Of a stretch of 64,000 bases of DNA, positions 47,611 to 59,139 are shown one piece after another. How positions within the stretch are numbered: position 1 is the first letter of the stretch; every line of letters starts with the position of its first letter. This stretch comes from Eledone cirrhosa (lineage: Eukaryota): assembly GCA_964016885.1 (NCBI GenBank), contig OZ024742.1, positions 211,854,001 to 211,918,000 on the forward strand, given 5' to 3'. Both the position numbers and the translations under genes were made by a program. Below the pieces are notes generated by a model. That model searched no databases. It was not told the DNA's origin and saw only the letters and a program-made list of their open reading frames with translations.

Positions 47611-48168
47611 AATCTGGCCATCCCAGAACCTAATCCATGGGCATCCCCTCTCCCTCTACCCATCATTGGATACTTGATGGACTGTCAAGATGGCAAGCAT
47701 TTTCACAAATTCCATAGTTCCAGAATGAAAGCTCTGAGCTATGCCTCTCCAAGCTCTGCCTCTCAGCTTGGTGCTAGCTTCTGTAGCAGCAGCAGTAGTA
47801 GTGGTGGTGGTGGTGGTGGTGGTGGTGGTGGTGGTGGTGGCAGTGGTGGTGGCAGTGGTGGTGGAGGTGGCGGCAGTGGTGGAGGAGGTGGTGGCGGTGG
47901 TGATAGTAGTGGTGTTGGTCGAAGCAGAAATACAATGATAGCCTCAACCTCATCATCGTGTGAGCGGATGCTTGCCTATCCTGCTGACTGGAGCCTGGAG
48001 AGCAGTGATGATGATGACAGTGAAATCAGTGAGAGAGAATACGATGAAGTTTGGGAAGACGAAATTTATGTCCAAACTGAGAAGACGAGGAAGAGTGAGA
48101 CCGAAGGAAGATGGAATTATATGGCATCATATGCGTCATATGCATCTCCTTATTGTTCGATATTGTAA
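47611..48168 (+). CDS. Ankyrin-repeat protein terminal exon (poly-Ser/Gly tract, acidic stretch, C-terminal CSIL)
   Basis: Long poly-T + gcag acceptor, phase 0, 185 codons to TAA; continues the frame of the 41429-41509 exon. Confidence 0.85.
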   Translation, partial: NLAIPEPNPWASPLPLPIIGYLMDCQDGKHFHKFHSSRMKALSYASPSSASQLGASFCSSSSSSGGGGGGGGGGGGGSGGGSGGGGGGSGGGGGGGGDSSGVGRSRNTMIASTSSSCERMLAYPADWSLESSDDDDSEISEREYDEVWEDEIYVQTEKTRKSETEGRWNYMASYASYASPYCSIL

Positions 48169-49835
48169 ACACATACAGACAAAAAAAAGAAACCAGAAAA
48201 TAACATAGCTAAAGAAAACAAATCATGATTCTCAATGTCTCTCTATAAAAAGTCTGTTTTAAAACTGTTAAACAACTGATCTGAAAAGGTTTGTGATTAA
48301 GTTAGAGAATGAATAATTGATGAAAAAACTGGACAGTATTGTGTTTAGATAAAAGAGGTTGATCAGAACTGCTAAATCTAAATGGCAGCAGCATATATGT
48401 TAAAATATAAAAATAAAAAAAAAGGAAAAAATTACAAACGTAAATAGCAAATGATGATGATGATGATGATAATGAGCTCTTTACAACAGACCACTGGGTG
48501 TGTTCATTGTATGCAGTTTATTTATCATAATTGATTTGTGTGTATGAGTGTGGTGAACTAGTGATTATAACTTATCTTGGATGTATTTGATAAGTTATTT
48601 ATTGACTGGTGTGGAGGTTGTTTATTGACTCTTGTGAACTATTAATCAAATGATATATGTTTACTGAGGTGTACTGTTATTTTTCTTTTATTGGGTTTCA
48701 TGAACTGACTAACAACAGTGTATGTACTCAGTATAGTGAACAATTTATTATAACTAATGATTGTGTGTATGTGATTTGTTTTATTTTTTGTTAATCAAGT
48801 ATGATGAACTACTTATAACTGAGAAAACTGGAAGATATGTACAGAGTATGGTGAAATGTTTATTGACTGGGCTATTTGTTGTTGTTTTTTTTTAGTATGA
48901 CAAACTCTTTCACAGTGTTGTGCATCTACTGAATATATATAGCTATTTATTGTATCTGACTGATTCTGATGTTTGTTTAATGTGTGTATAGTAAATAATT
49001 TATTGTGAATAACTGGCGCATGGAAGGACATCCAGTTATAGAAACCATGCCAAAATATGTAGCATATGAGCAAGATGTGGTTTTCCAGCTCAGCTTGTCT
49101 CAGATCATGACAACTTGTTCAGCCCATGCCAAGCATGGAAAGTAGACATAAAGTGATGATGTTGAATTCTAGGTTAGCCACAATGGCTTTGATGACAAGG
49201 TATTGGATTTATAGTCATCAGTTTGACTCTTTCTAAAGCCATTATGTTCACTTCAGTTTGCTGGACAGATAACAAGTTTATTCGTTCTGTGCAATTTAGG
49301 GATTTGCTGTAGAAAGTTCATCGAGCTGCAAAAAGTAGCTTTAACTCTTGAGGCCATGTACTACACAAAACCACATTACCAATGAACACTTGAACCGTAC
49401 AAAACAGCACTGTGACTCAACCGCATTAAAATTAAAGTCTTTACTTAGATTTACTGCAAATTTTCCCAACAAATTGTTAACAAGTAACAATATTATAAAC
49501 ATTTGAATTAACAAACCCATCTTTTTAGATATTTTCTGTTAAATCATGACAGGATGTTAAGAGTTAAACAGACACCAACCTCACAAAACATGAGATAAAG
49601 GATGTTAAACATCATACCAAAATGTTTAAAGTGTGTTTTAATGTATATGGTAAACAGTTTAATGTGACTGAGTGATTGCGATGTATATTTAAAGATTGTG
49701 AGATGACAGTGAACTATTTATATGATGTTGTGCATTTACTGAGTATGGCAGACAGTTGTAACTGACTCAGTAGAGTATCTTTTAAATTTGTTGAACTCTC
49801 TGAATATCTATCTTTATATATATGTATGTACTTTC

Positions 49836-49905
49836 CTGATGATTTCTTACGAATGAAACTGTTCTAGTCCTGTAGAAGTCATTTCTATAATAAAATAAAT
49901 AAATA
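49836..49905 (+). ncRNA. Partial hammerhead-like motif in a PLE-like tail
   Basis: CUGAUGA-u-uuc-uuac-gaa-u-GAAAC-u...a-GUC followed by aataaa and (TA)n; no helix I partner found. Confidence 0.45.
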
Positions 49906-49949
49906 AATATGTGTGTATGTATATATATATATATATATATATATGATCA

Positions 49950-49992
<43 letters not shown>

Positions 49993-50599
49993 CAGGACCT
50001 GGTCATTTGACCTGTCTTGCTTCACCGTGTGAAAACCCATCTAACCCATGCAAGCATGGAAAATGGATGATAAGCCGTGATGATGATAATGATAACAACT
50101 TCTTAAACACACAACCATGGCTGTGTGTTTAAGAAGTTTGTTTTGCAGCCATGTGATTTCAGGTTCCCTCAAGCTGTGTCACTGTGTGGCACGTTGAGCC
50201 AACCAATGCCTTGTGAATACATGAGAGATGGAAGCTGTAAAGAAACTTGTGTGTGTCAGCTTATTACATACATCTTCATAACAATGATTAAAGCATAAAC
50301 AATATCTCTTGCAGTGTAGCAGTTCACCAAAGATAAGCAGTATGAATAAATAAAGTATGGGTTAGTGTTGAGAAGGGCATCCAGCTGTAGAAAAACTGCC
50401 TCAAAAAGACCCATCCAATCCATTTTAGCATAGAAAAAAAATGGACATAAAACTGCTGCTGCTGATGATGAGGATATGTTTATTTATCTATTGAGTCTGG
50501 TGAACTGTATATAACTGATCAAAGACATTGTTTACTTAGTATGGTAAATAGCTTGTTATATTAGACTGACTGTTTTTTTTTAAATGATGATAATAACGG

Positions 50600-50952
50600 T
50601 AGGGCAGTGGATTGGCAGAATTAACAGAACACAGGACAAAATCATCACATAGGGCCATAGATTGGCAGTATCAGACAATATGCTTTGAGGCATATAGTTA
50701 TGGACCTTTACGTTTTGAGTTCAAATCCCACTGAGGTTAACTTTGCCTTTCATCCTTACAAGATCGATAAAATAAAGTACCAGTAACACTGGGGCAATTT
50801 AATCGACTTTTCCCTCCCCTAAAATTGTTGACTTTTCATTCCCCTAAGTCTACAAAATAAGTACCGATCTAGAAGTACTGAGGTTGATAAAGTTGACTAC
50901 ATCTCCTACTACCAAATTTCTGGGCCTTTTGCCTCTAGTAGAAATCATTATT
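50600..50952 (+). mobile_element. Cluster of tRNA-derived SINE copies
   Basis: Same A/B box, core and tail as 96-285. Confidence 0.75.
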
Positions 50953-51149
50953 ATGGTGGATTATTTATTATAATAAACAAACTGAGGTGTTTGCTTAATA
51001 AGAGTGGTGATTTGTTTGTTTATAAATTATTGTGTGTATATTGAGCATTTCGTGTTATTTATTATAACTTAACAACTGGAGTGTTTGTTCTTTAAGTATG
51101 TTGGATACTTTATTACAACTGCTAGGAGAGTCATGTGTTTATTCAAAGT

Positions 51150-51325
51150 GAATATGGTGAACTGTATATTATAACCAACTAACTGCAATGTTTGTTAACT
51201 GAATATGGTGAACTGTATATTATAACTAACTGACTACAGTGTTTGTTAACTCAGTATGGTGAACTGTTTATTATAACTTACTACATTGTTGAGTGAGTAT
51301 TATTAACTATTTATTATAACTAATG
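51150..51325. repeat. Degenerate ~48-bp tandem repeat
   Basis: gaatatggtgaactgtatattataac..act repeated 3-4 times; more diverged relatives are scattered over about 48500-51100. Confidence 0.6.
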
Positions 51326-51770
51326 GAAACTACAGCACGTCTGTTTAATTAAGACATCAAGATTGTTAATAAAATTAATTAGTCATTAAGATGTAATATT
51401 ACCATTAAATCCTAATGACTACTCAAAGATTTTCCCACATTGGAATACACAATATTGGTAGTTGGGATTGGAAGGTTTGGGATTGTCTTTCCTGTAATAA
51501 AACATAGTCCTAATAATAATAACATGATATATCATATTTGTTGTACCAATAAGTTTAACTACCCTTGTCTCTATAGAAATATGACTGCTGAAGTAGTGGT
51601 GAAGAATATAGAAAGAATTTTAAACAGCTGCATTTTTAACTACTACATATCCTAATAAAAACAAAACTCTCTCTATAAGAGAAATAAATAATAATACATA
51701 GGGGAAAACAGTATTAATCAGCGTACATACACATTCACATATATATAGACACACACGCATATATATCCAC

Positions 51771-51810
<40 letters not shown>

Positions 51811-52688
51811 CAAAGGTAAATATATATATACAAAACTCAAATGTATGTACAGAATTATATATGATAGTATATAATTGCCAAGTAGTTTCAGAATTAGCTC
51901 AATGTGCTTATATAGTGTTGGTCTGAAGAAAAGGTAGTTTAGGGAGAAAGAGCAAATATAATCAAATATATAGATGAAGAAATTAGCTTTTAAATAATTT
52001 TTAATTCTTTTCACATGTTTCAAGAGAGTTGTACATCAAATTCTTGGAAGAATGTTAGATGAAATTCATATAATCAAGATCTATACATACAAAATGATAT
52101 ACAGATATAATTTGTATTTCTCCGTCTTCAGAGGATTTTAAAAAATGTATTAAATTGAAGCAGAATATATTCGAAATATATATATAAATCTAAATAAATA
52201 AATAAATATATATATATATAGATATAGATATATATATACACACACACACTAAGCCACCTGTAGAACAAACATAAATAATTACAGGAGCTTTTACACAGTT
52301 GTTCAACCTACTAGAAATAGCAACTAAATCTCCTGCAACCATCACTCTACACATTTGGTCATTTGGCCAACTTCCTGTGTACAAATTACACAATGGCAGC
52401 TGTTCTCAAAACATGTTAAAATGGAAGCCTCCGTGTAGTTGCTCAATCTGCTGGAAATAGTAGTTTAACCTGCCTCAAATTAAGCCATACCAAGTCAAAA
52501 AAGGATATATTGGCTAATGCAGTTCAAGATATATTATCATGGCTGAGGGAAAATAAGATTGAATGCTCACCTTGGATCATAGGTCTGCTTGATCATTGTT
52601 GACTTATAGTTAAACAAAAACATTGCTAAAGTAGTACAGAATATAGTTAAGTGACCACATCAAATGGGCTTGGTTAGGGATAAAAAGG

Positions 52689-53146
52689 CTGTTTGCATAA
52701 TTGCATAATTGCAAACAAATCCAATATTATTATTATTATTAATATTTGAAAAACTCAGATTACATTTATTGTATACATGAAACTGACTATCCTGTCTGCT
52801 GATATGCAAATCTGGCTGATCAGTGGGTCTGCTAATATGCAGATCTGGCTGATCAGGCAGTCTGCTAATATGCAAATAAGGCCGATCAGTCACTGTATAT
52901 TTCAGAAAATATCATATATTTTCACTAGCTCTGACCGTTAGCAGGTAAGCAGTATACGGTACTGATGATGCCCCCCCCCCCCCCCCCCGAAACAGTAGTG
53001 TCTGCCGTTTTGTTCATATGCTAACAGAAGAGCAAGACTGACGGGGTGATTCTACTGACATGGCTTAAAGAGTCTGTTTGCATAATCGCAAATGAATCAA
53101 ATATTATTATTAATATTCGAAAAACTTAGATTATATTTATTTTATA
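52689..53146 (+). mobile_element. Non-coding ~380-bp unit with direct repeats, octamer repeats and a hammerhead motif
   Basis: Direct repeats ctgtttgcataa..aatattattattaatatt.gaaaaact.agatta at about 52689-52775 and 53074-53146; three 33-bp repeats at 52795-52893; hammerhead at 52937-53025. Confidence 0.72.
52937..53025 (+). ncRNA. Type I hammerhead ribozyme motif
   Basis: Helix I acggua/ugccgu plus distal guuagca/ugcuaac; CUGAUGA at 52962-52968; GAAAC at 52989-52993; helix III aca-guag-ugu; GUC site ending at 53002; helix II region is UG + C18. Confidence 0.72.
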
Positions 53147-53169
53147 TATATAAAAACATACGCATACAC

Positions 53170-53673
53170 ATTTCCAAACCGTGTCAGCTTTGCAATGTCT
53201 ATCAACAAATCCCAGGGTCAGACCCTAGCTGTTGCTGGTCTTCTTTTGGAAGAGTCATGTTTTTCACACGGGCAACTATACGTTGGCTGCTCAAGAGTGG
53301 GAAGCAAGACAAATCTCTTTGCATATGCCCGACACAGAAGAACAAGGAACATTGTGTACAAGGATGTACTACAATCATTGTTTAGGTAGATGAGGCAGAA
53401 GGGGATATACACGATTGGCTGAAGAAGGACGAGACTGTGTTAGTAGTACGACTAATGGCTGCTATCACACCAACATCAGCAAAAACAACAAAAAAGAGAG
53501 GGAACGCAATTACATGCTTTTGAAAAATCTTAATGGAAAATTATTTGCCTAACCACAAAATGTAGACAACATCCCCAGGCCGAGGTATTCCATACTTCTC
53601 TGTACTGTTTCAGAAGGAGGGATAAACATACCAATCTATGTTTAGAAGCCCGAGCAACGCCGGGCCATTCTGC

Positions 53674-53676
<3 letters not shown>
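53170..53676 (+). mobile_element. Helitron 3' fragment (PIF1-like helicase C-terminus, hairpin, CTAG)
   Basis: FAMSINKSQGQTL..FSHGQLYVGCSRV..TRNIVYKDVL; hairpin gcccg-agcaacgc-cgggc, then CTAG followed by T. Confidence 0.9.
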
Positions 53677-53706
<30 letters not shown>

Positions 53707-53934
53707 GATTTATACACAGGGGAAAATGTGATTACTTAAGATAATAATTGAAATATTGTAAAATTAATTGTTTTGCCAACTATACCTCAAGTTACAAGGT
53801 AGTAGTAGTAGTAGTAGTAGTAGTGGTGATGGTGGTGGTGGTGCAAATTTTAGTTTTTACTTTTACTAACAGTTAATTACTATTTTATGCCTTGAGTTGA
53901 ATAGTACTTAATAGTTATTGTAAAATGAAAATGT

Positions 53935-54385
53935 TATTATTATTTTGCCTTTCATCTTTACGGGAGCAATAAAATAAAGCACCAGTAATGCACTGGGGTC
54001 GGTTTAATCGACTTCCCCTCCCCTTCAAATTACTGGCCTTGTGCATAAAGTAGAAACAATTATTTCTGTTAACAGTGGATTGACAAAAATCGTTAGAGCA
54101 TTGGACAAAATGCTTTGCAGCATTTAGTTATAGCTCTTTACATTCTGAGTTCAGATCCCACTGAGGTCAACTTTACCTTTCATTTTTCTGGGATCAATAC
54201 AATAAAGTACAAATGAAGTACAGGGGTCGATATAATAGACTTTCTCCTTGCTGTCCTTGTATCTAAATATGCAACCATTATTTCTGTTAGTGCTCCTTAC
54301 GGGGTCGATAAAATAAAGTACCAGTGATGCACTGGGTAATTGCTGGCCTTGTGCCTAAAGTAGAAACCATTATTTCTGTTAGTGC
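53935..54385 (+). mobile_element. Three stacked SINE copies separated by a repeated target sequence
   Basis: attatttctgtta(gtgc) follows each SINE tail, at about 54059, 54277 and 54368. Confidence 0.8.
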
Positions 54386-55235
54386 CTATTCAATAATATT
54401 AAGACTAAAATGAGAATTCATAAATTGTTTATAAATGTTTTTTTTTTAATCACTTTGCAGATAACACCCATGAAAATTTAAGTATGAAAAATGTTTACTC
54501 ATGAGCAAAAATTCTTTAGAAACTAGAGTGTTACCTGTCAAATGAAAGGTAATTTTGGGAGTCTACTTTTACCACTGTGAGTAACATCAAGTAATGTTAC
54601 ATCAGTAAAATATAATTTTTATTTTTTTCAAATGTCATGATACAAAATAATGAAATAAATATTAATTACAACAAGATAGTTATTGATTTAAAATAAGACT
54701 GAATAAAACAAATTTCATTTTTATATTGGCAAGAAAATTATCATCAATCATGAAGTGGAGAGGGGTACAAAAAAATATATATATATATACTTAAATCATT
54801 CAAATGAAATCAAACTGTTCGTTTTAATATAAATTCAAAACATTATATAGTTTCACAACCAATTTACATAAAAATTATTTACACTGTGAGTACTTAAGTA
54901 TCATTCAGGATGGATAAATGTTCAGTTTTATAGTTAATTACTTGTGGTATACCATATTTAAAAGATTAATTGACTTGTTTCTCTTTATAGAATCGTTAAA
55001 ACATCGGATAGAATGCTTTATGGTATTTGTTCCGGTTCTCTGATATCTGAGTTCAAATCCCACCGAGGTCAATAAAATAAGTACCAGTCTAGTACTGGGG
55101 TCGATTCTTCCTCTATATCTCTTTCTCATTTCCTCTCTCTCACTTTCTATCTTTCTCTAGAAGAAATCTGCTGTACTCAGGCCTGGAGATGGATGGGCTC
55201 TGCCAGGATTAAATTGCCCAAGAAACGCTGTATGT

Positions 55236-55500
55236 TATTACAGTCCCCTGATGACTCTATCAGGAGTTATGGGACCATAAATACATACATCCATCGTCTT
55301 TATTACAGTCCCCTGATGACTCTATCAGGAGTTATGGGACCATAAATACATACATCCATCGTCTTTATTACAGTCCCCTGATGACTCTATCAGGAGTTAT
55401 GGGACCATAAATACATACATCCATCGTCTTTATTACAGTCCCCTTATGACTCTATCAGGAGTTATGGGACCATAAATACATACATCCATTGTCTTTATTA
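55236..55500. repeat. 65-bp tandem repeat, 4 copies
   Basis: ttattacagtcccctgatgactctatcaggagttatgggaccataaatacatacatccatcgtct; single-copy relatives at about 9835-9870(-) and 30070-30095. Confidence 0.95.
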
Positions 55501-56115
55501 TTTAATAAATAATATAATATGCATATAATTATATATATAACTATATACAGTTTATATATACATGGACAGTTAAACTTATATACATTTCTACTCAGTGGAA
55601 TACACATGAAACTAATATAAGGCTTCCAATTAAGTAACACCTTCAATACAATATATGTGTGTGTGTGCTGGATTTCACTAAGATTAAATCAGATCAAATA
55701 AATATAAATGTATAAATACAAATAAATGAATAAATATATAGATAAATAAATAACACATTTCCCCCTTCAAATGGTCACTTTGCAGTGTTTGACCAAGAGC
55801 AATGTTTGGAGTATTTTAGCTAAATTTGATGATGATGATGAATTCATTATGGCTGCATTAGGCTAAAACAATTCATAATGTTGATCCAGCTCAAATACTA
55901 CAAATATAATATTTAAAGAAAGTAATGATTTAAGGGAGGGACAAAGGAAAGAAATTAAGAAATGGAATATATGTATATTCTTAGATGAAAGGAAAACCTT
56001 ACTTCTTACAAATTCTATAAACATTTTCTCTTTATTCCTTAGCTCCTATATATATATATAGTAATAAGTAGGTAAAAATATGCATTGAGCAACTCATCTG
56101 TAGGGTGAGTTTGAA

Positions 56116-56300
56116 TATAATTATTAAGGCCAGTTACTATAATGGTGCCATACCAAGTACATGTTTTGTTAGCTCAGAGGACCAACTTGTTTTACCTGTG
56201 CTAATAAAAATGAATGGTTCCTTTTCATCGGCACAAGTTGAACTCAGGGCTAATGAAATGTACGTACCTGGTATGACATCATTGTAGTAGCTGGCCTTAA

Positions 56301-56310
<10 letters not shown>
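56116..56310. mobile_element. Hairpin MITE-like element
   Basis: Arms taattattaaggccag.tacta.aatg.tg.catacca.gtac / reverse complement; the end is re-duplicated beyond (TA)n at 56331-56351. Confidence 0.65.
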
Positions 56311-56336
<26 letters not shown>

Positions 56337-56784
56337 TTAAGGCCAGCTACTGGAATATTTTTTGATGTTCCAAGGGAGATGGAAAAACAGAGATTACACA
56401 CTGTAAATTATGTTAATAGATGATTTCACACAAAACATTTTATTATTGAGCTCTATATTCAATATCAAAGTAACATTTCCACTACTTGTTTCTTAAGTTA
56501 GCTGAAATGTATCTCACATAGAAAATGAATCTATGTTACAGAATCTCTAATTGGAAAAAATATATGTATAAATTCAATTATGCGTCCATTTGCATTAAAA
56601 TTCCTAATATTGAGTTGTTATGATTCTTTGTGACGACTAATACAAAACAAAAATTCTGTACATCTGTTATAATATCATCTGTTTTCAATGTAATACTTCA
56701 ATTATTTAATATACTTTTAATTTAAGCTGAGAAATATGTAACAAAAAAATTGATGGTAAAATGGGGGTGGGTGGGGGGGGGCAG

Positions 56785-57262
56785 GAGGTCGGGTTATATT
56801 TGAGGCCGATATTTTGCCGATTTTCACCAATTTCAAATGAGGTGCTAAAATATTTTCACTTTGGGGGTGAATATTACACCAGTTTTACTTTGAAGGTGAA
56901 TATTACAGCGGTTTCACTTTGGAGGTGAAATTTGTTTTTCCTATTGTTTTTTATGTGTTTTGAATGAATGTGGCCTTCAAAACAGTTGGGAATTGGTAAA
57001 AAATCATTATGTAATGTAGTTAATGGAGTTGTGAAACAGAAAATATACTCTAAATGACACTTAAAACATTTTAAATATCAAAATATTAAAACTTCATAAA
57101 TATATTCTGCACTCATGAGAATTTCAAAATCCGCACCATCTAAACATGTATTGATTAGCTGCTTTGGCTTATACAAGGAGTTCAGATTTTTTCTCATTTC
57201 TCAGACATAAAACAGGGGCTCGGCTTATATTCGGATCTGCTTATATTCAAATATAAACAGTA
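56785..57262 (-). mobile_element. Non-autonomous DNA transposon fragment (pogo/Tigger-like end)
   Basis: Terminus ggcttatattcggatctgcttatattcaaatataaacag-TA; contains only about 3 copies of the 28-bp unit at 56855-56930. Confidence 0.65.
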
Positions 57263-58103
57263 TTTCCCCTGTTTTTACTTTTTCTTTAACATTTTGAAAA
57301 GAGGGTAAAAAATTTTGTCAAAGTAGCTTTAAACAAATTCATTTATACAATATACTTATAGAAACAAAAATATTTAAGATATTTGATATCCAGAAAAAGT
57401 ATTATGCTTAGAAAAATATTTTCAACTGTTTTTGAGTTGTTGAACTCTGATGTAATTTTGTTATAATCTACATATATTTTTTTTTCTTTCTACATCTGTT
57501 AGATAAAGGGTGTTACATGTCCCTTTAGAAATCCCACATATGTGATTTGTTCTGGTAGCTAGAAACTTGTACATCTCATGACTCTATGCAAACATCAAGA
57601 AAAATGATCCTTTATTATAACATTTTGGTACATGTATCTCTGTATCTTCTGTTTGTATTTTTATGTTTTTGTGTATGAATATGCATTGATTTCATGTTGA
57701 TGTGTAAATAATATTTAGATGTGAATTTATCTGTGTATGGATGTGAGAATGAGTAAGTGAGGGAGATGAAGAGAAGGAGAAACTTATTAAACAACGAGAC
57801 TATAGTATCCACTGTATTTGTGATCCAATTATAATTACTGGTACAAATTATCCAGTGTATACTTTTTAATATTTATTGGATAATTTAATCAATTTTTAAG
57901 TTTTTACAGAGAGTAAAACTAAAACATATACTATTCTTTCTTCAATTTCACAAAAGAGATTATAAATTCACCTGATTTTCTTTTCAAAAATCCTAGAATT
58001 CAGAATGGTCAAAAAAGTTTACTTTACTAAAAAAATTATTTCTCCCTTAATATTTGTAATTCTAACTGAAATTCATAAGAAAATTACACACACACACACA
58101 CAC

Positions 58104-58134
<31 letters not shown>

Positions 58135-58350
58135 ATATTATATTATACATAAACACCAATTTGAAAAAGTGAATAGTGACAGACCCATTGACAGGACTCA
58201 ATCAACATATCCATTGATCATCAGGTGATTGCATTACTGATTACAGACCGCCTGCAATAGTATATATTTCAGTGGTGACTCTAGCTTACTCAAGCTCGCA
58301 CAGTGACAACAGTCCTAAACTTTTTTTACTTGCAGCTCCTTTTGATTATA

Positions 58351-58537
58351 CAGTGAAATTCCATTATAACGAAATTCACGGGGTATAAAAACAAATTCGT
58401 TGTAATGAAAAATTCTTTATAACGAGATCGACCGAAACAAATTGAGCGTTTGTTTGTTATTACCTCGGGGATTGAAAAAATTATGTTCTACTGAAAAATT
58501 TGTTATAATGGTATTCGTTATAATGGAATTTTACCTG
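58351..58537. mobile_element. pogo/Tigger-like MITE
   Basis: TA-cagtgaaattccattataacgaa ... ttcgttataatggaattttacctg-TA. Confidence 0.75.
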
Positions 58538-58934
58538 TACAACTCATTCAGTTCACTGAGATAAATTTTATGAGGGCAAGATAACCAGATTAAATTCTTC
58601 TTTTCATATAACATTTTAAAGTTGAAACAAAGCTATATTTACTTTCGTAATTATCTTGATAGTTTGGGTAGAATTTATTAACCTGAGTCACACTTTTGTG
58701 TCTAAGCAAATAATACAAGTAAAGAATAAATACAGTGTACTGAGATATTTCTTGTTAGTTTGAAATAGACAAACTCGACTAAGCTGCAGCTTCCTGAATG
58801 ATGGAGTTACCACTGATATATTTATAGATATTATTTTATATACAATTGATATATGTAGCTGATCTCTTGGACTTTTACAAAGCATTGAGAAGACAAAGTT
58901 AATATAAAGAATGATGTGCTCATGCATAGGGGAC

Positions 58935-59139
58935 GCTATAAAATAGCTTACAAAATAGAGTGAAGACCCTTAAAGATAGAAAAAGAAGTTGCCATCGTCT
59001 GCTATGAAGAACTGAACCCCATTTCTCACAGGGTTTAAACCGCTTAACCAGTATCTGGGTGATATGGGGTTTGATTCCTCATAACAGTTGATGGCAACTT
59101 CTTTTTCCATCTTTAAGGGTCTTCACCCTATTTTATAGC
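58935..59139. mobile_element. Foldback/hairpin MITE-like element
   Basis: About 70-bp imperfect arms aaaatag.gtgaagacccttaaagat.gaaaaagaagttgccatc / reverse complement. Confidence 0.7.

Noticed and set aside
47741-47956. Poly-Val and poly-His ORFs
   Set aside because: Alternative frames of the (GGT)n tract in the real terminal exon.
53195-53389. Host PIF1 helicase gene
   Set aside because: Only the C-terminal motifs are present, followed by a Helitron hairpin + CTAG that is also repeated at 1-74.
55236-55500. CTGATGA in the 65-bp repeat as a tandem hammerhead
   Set aside because: A short stem follows, but there is no GAAA box or helix III.
58170-58240. Minus-strand CTGATGA with a small stem
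   Set aside because: No GAAA/NUH in register.
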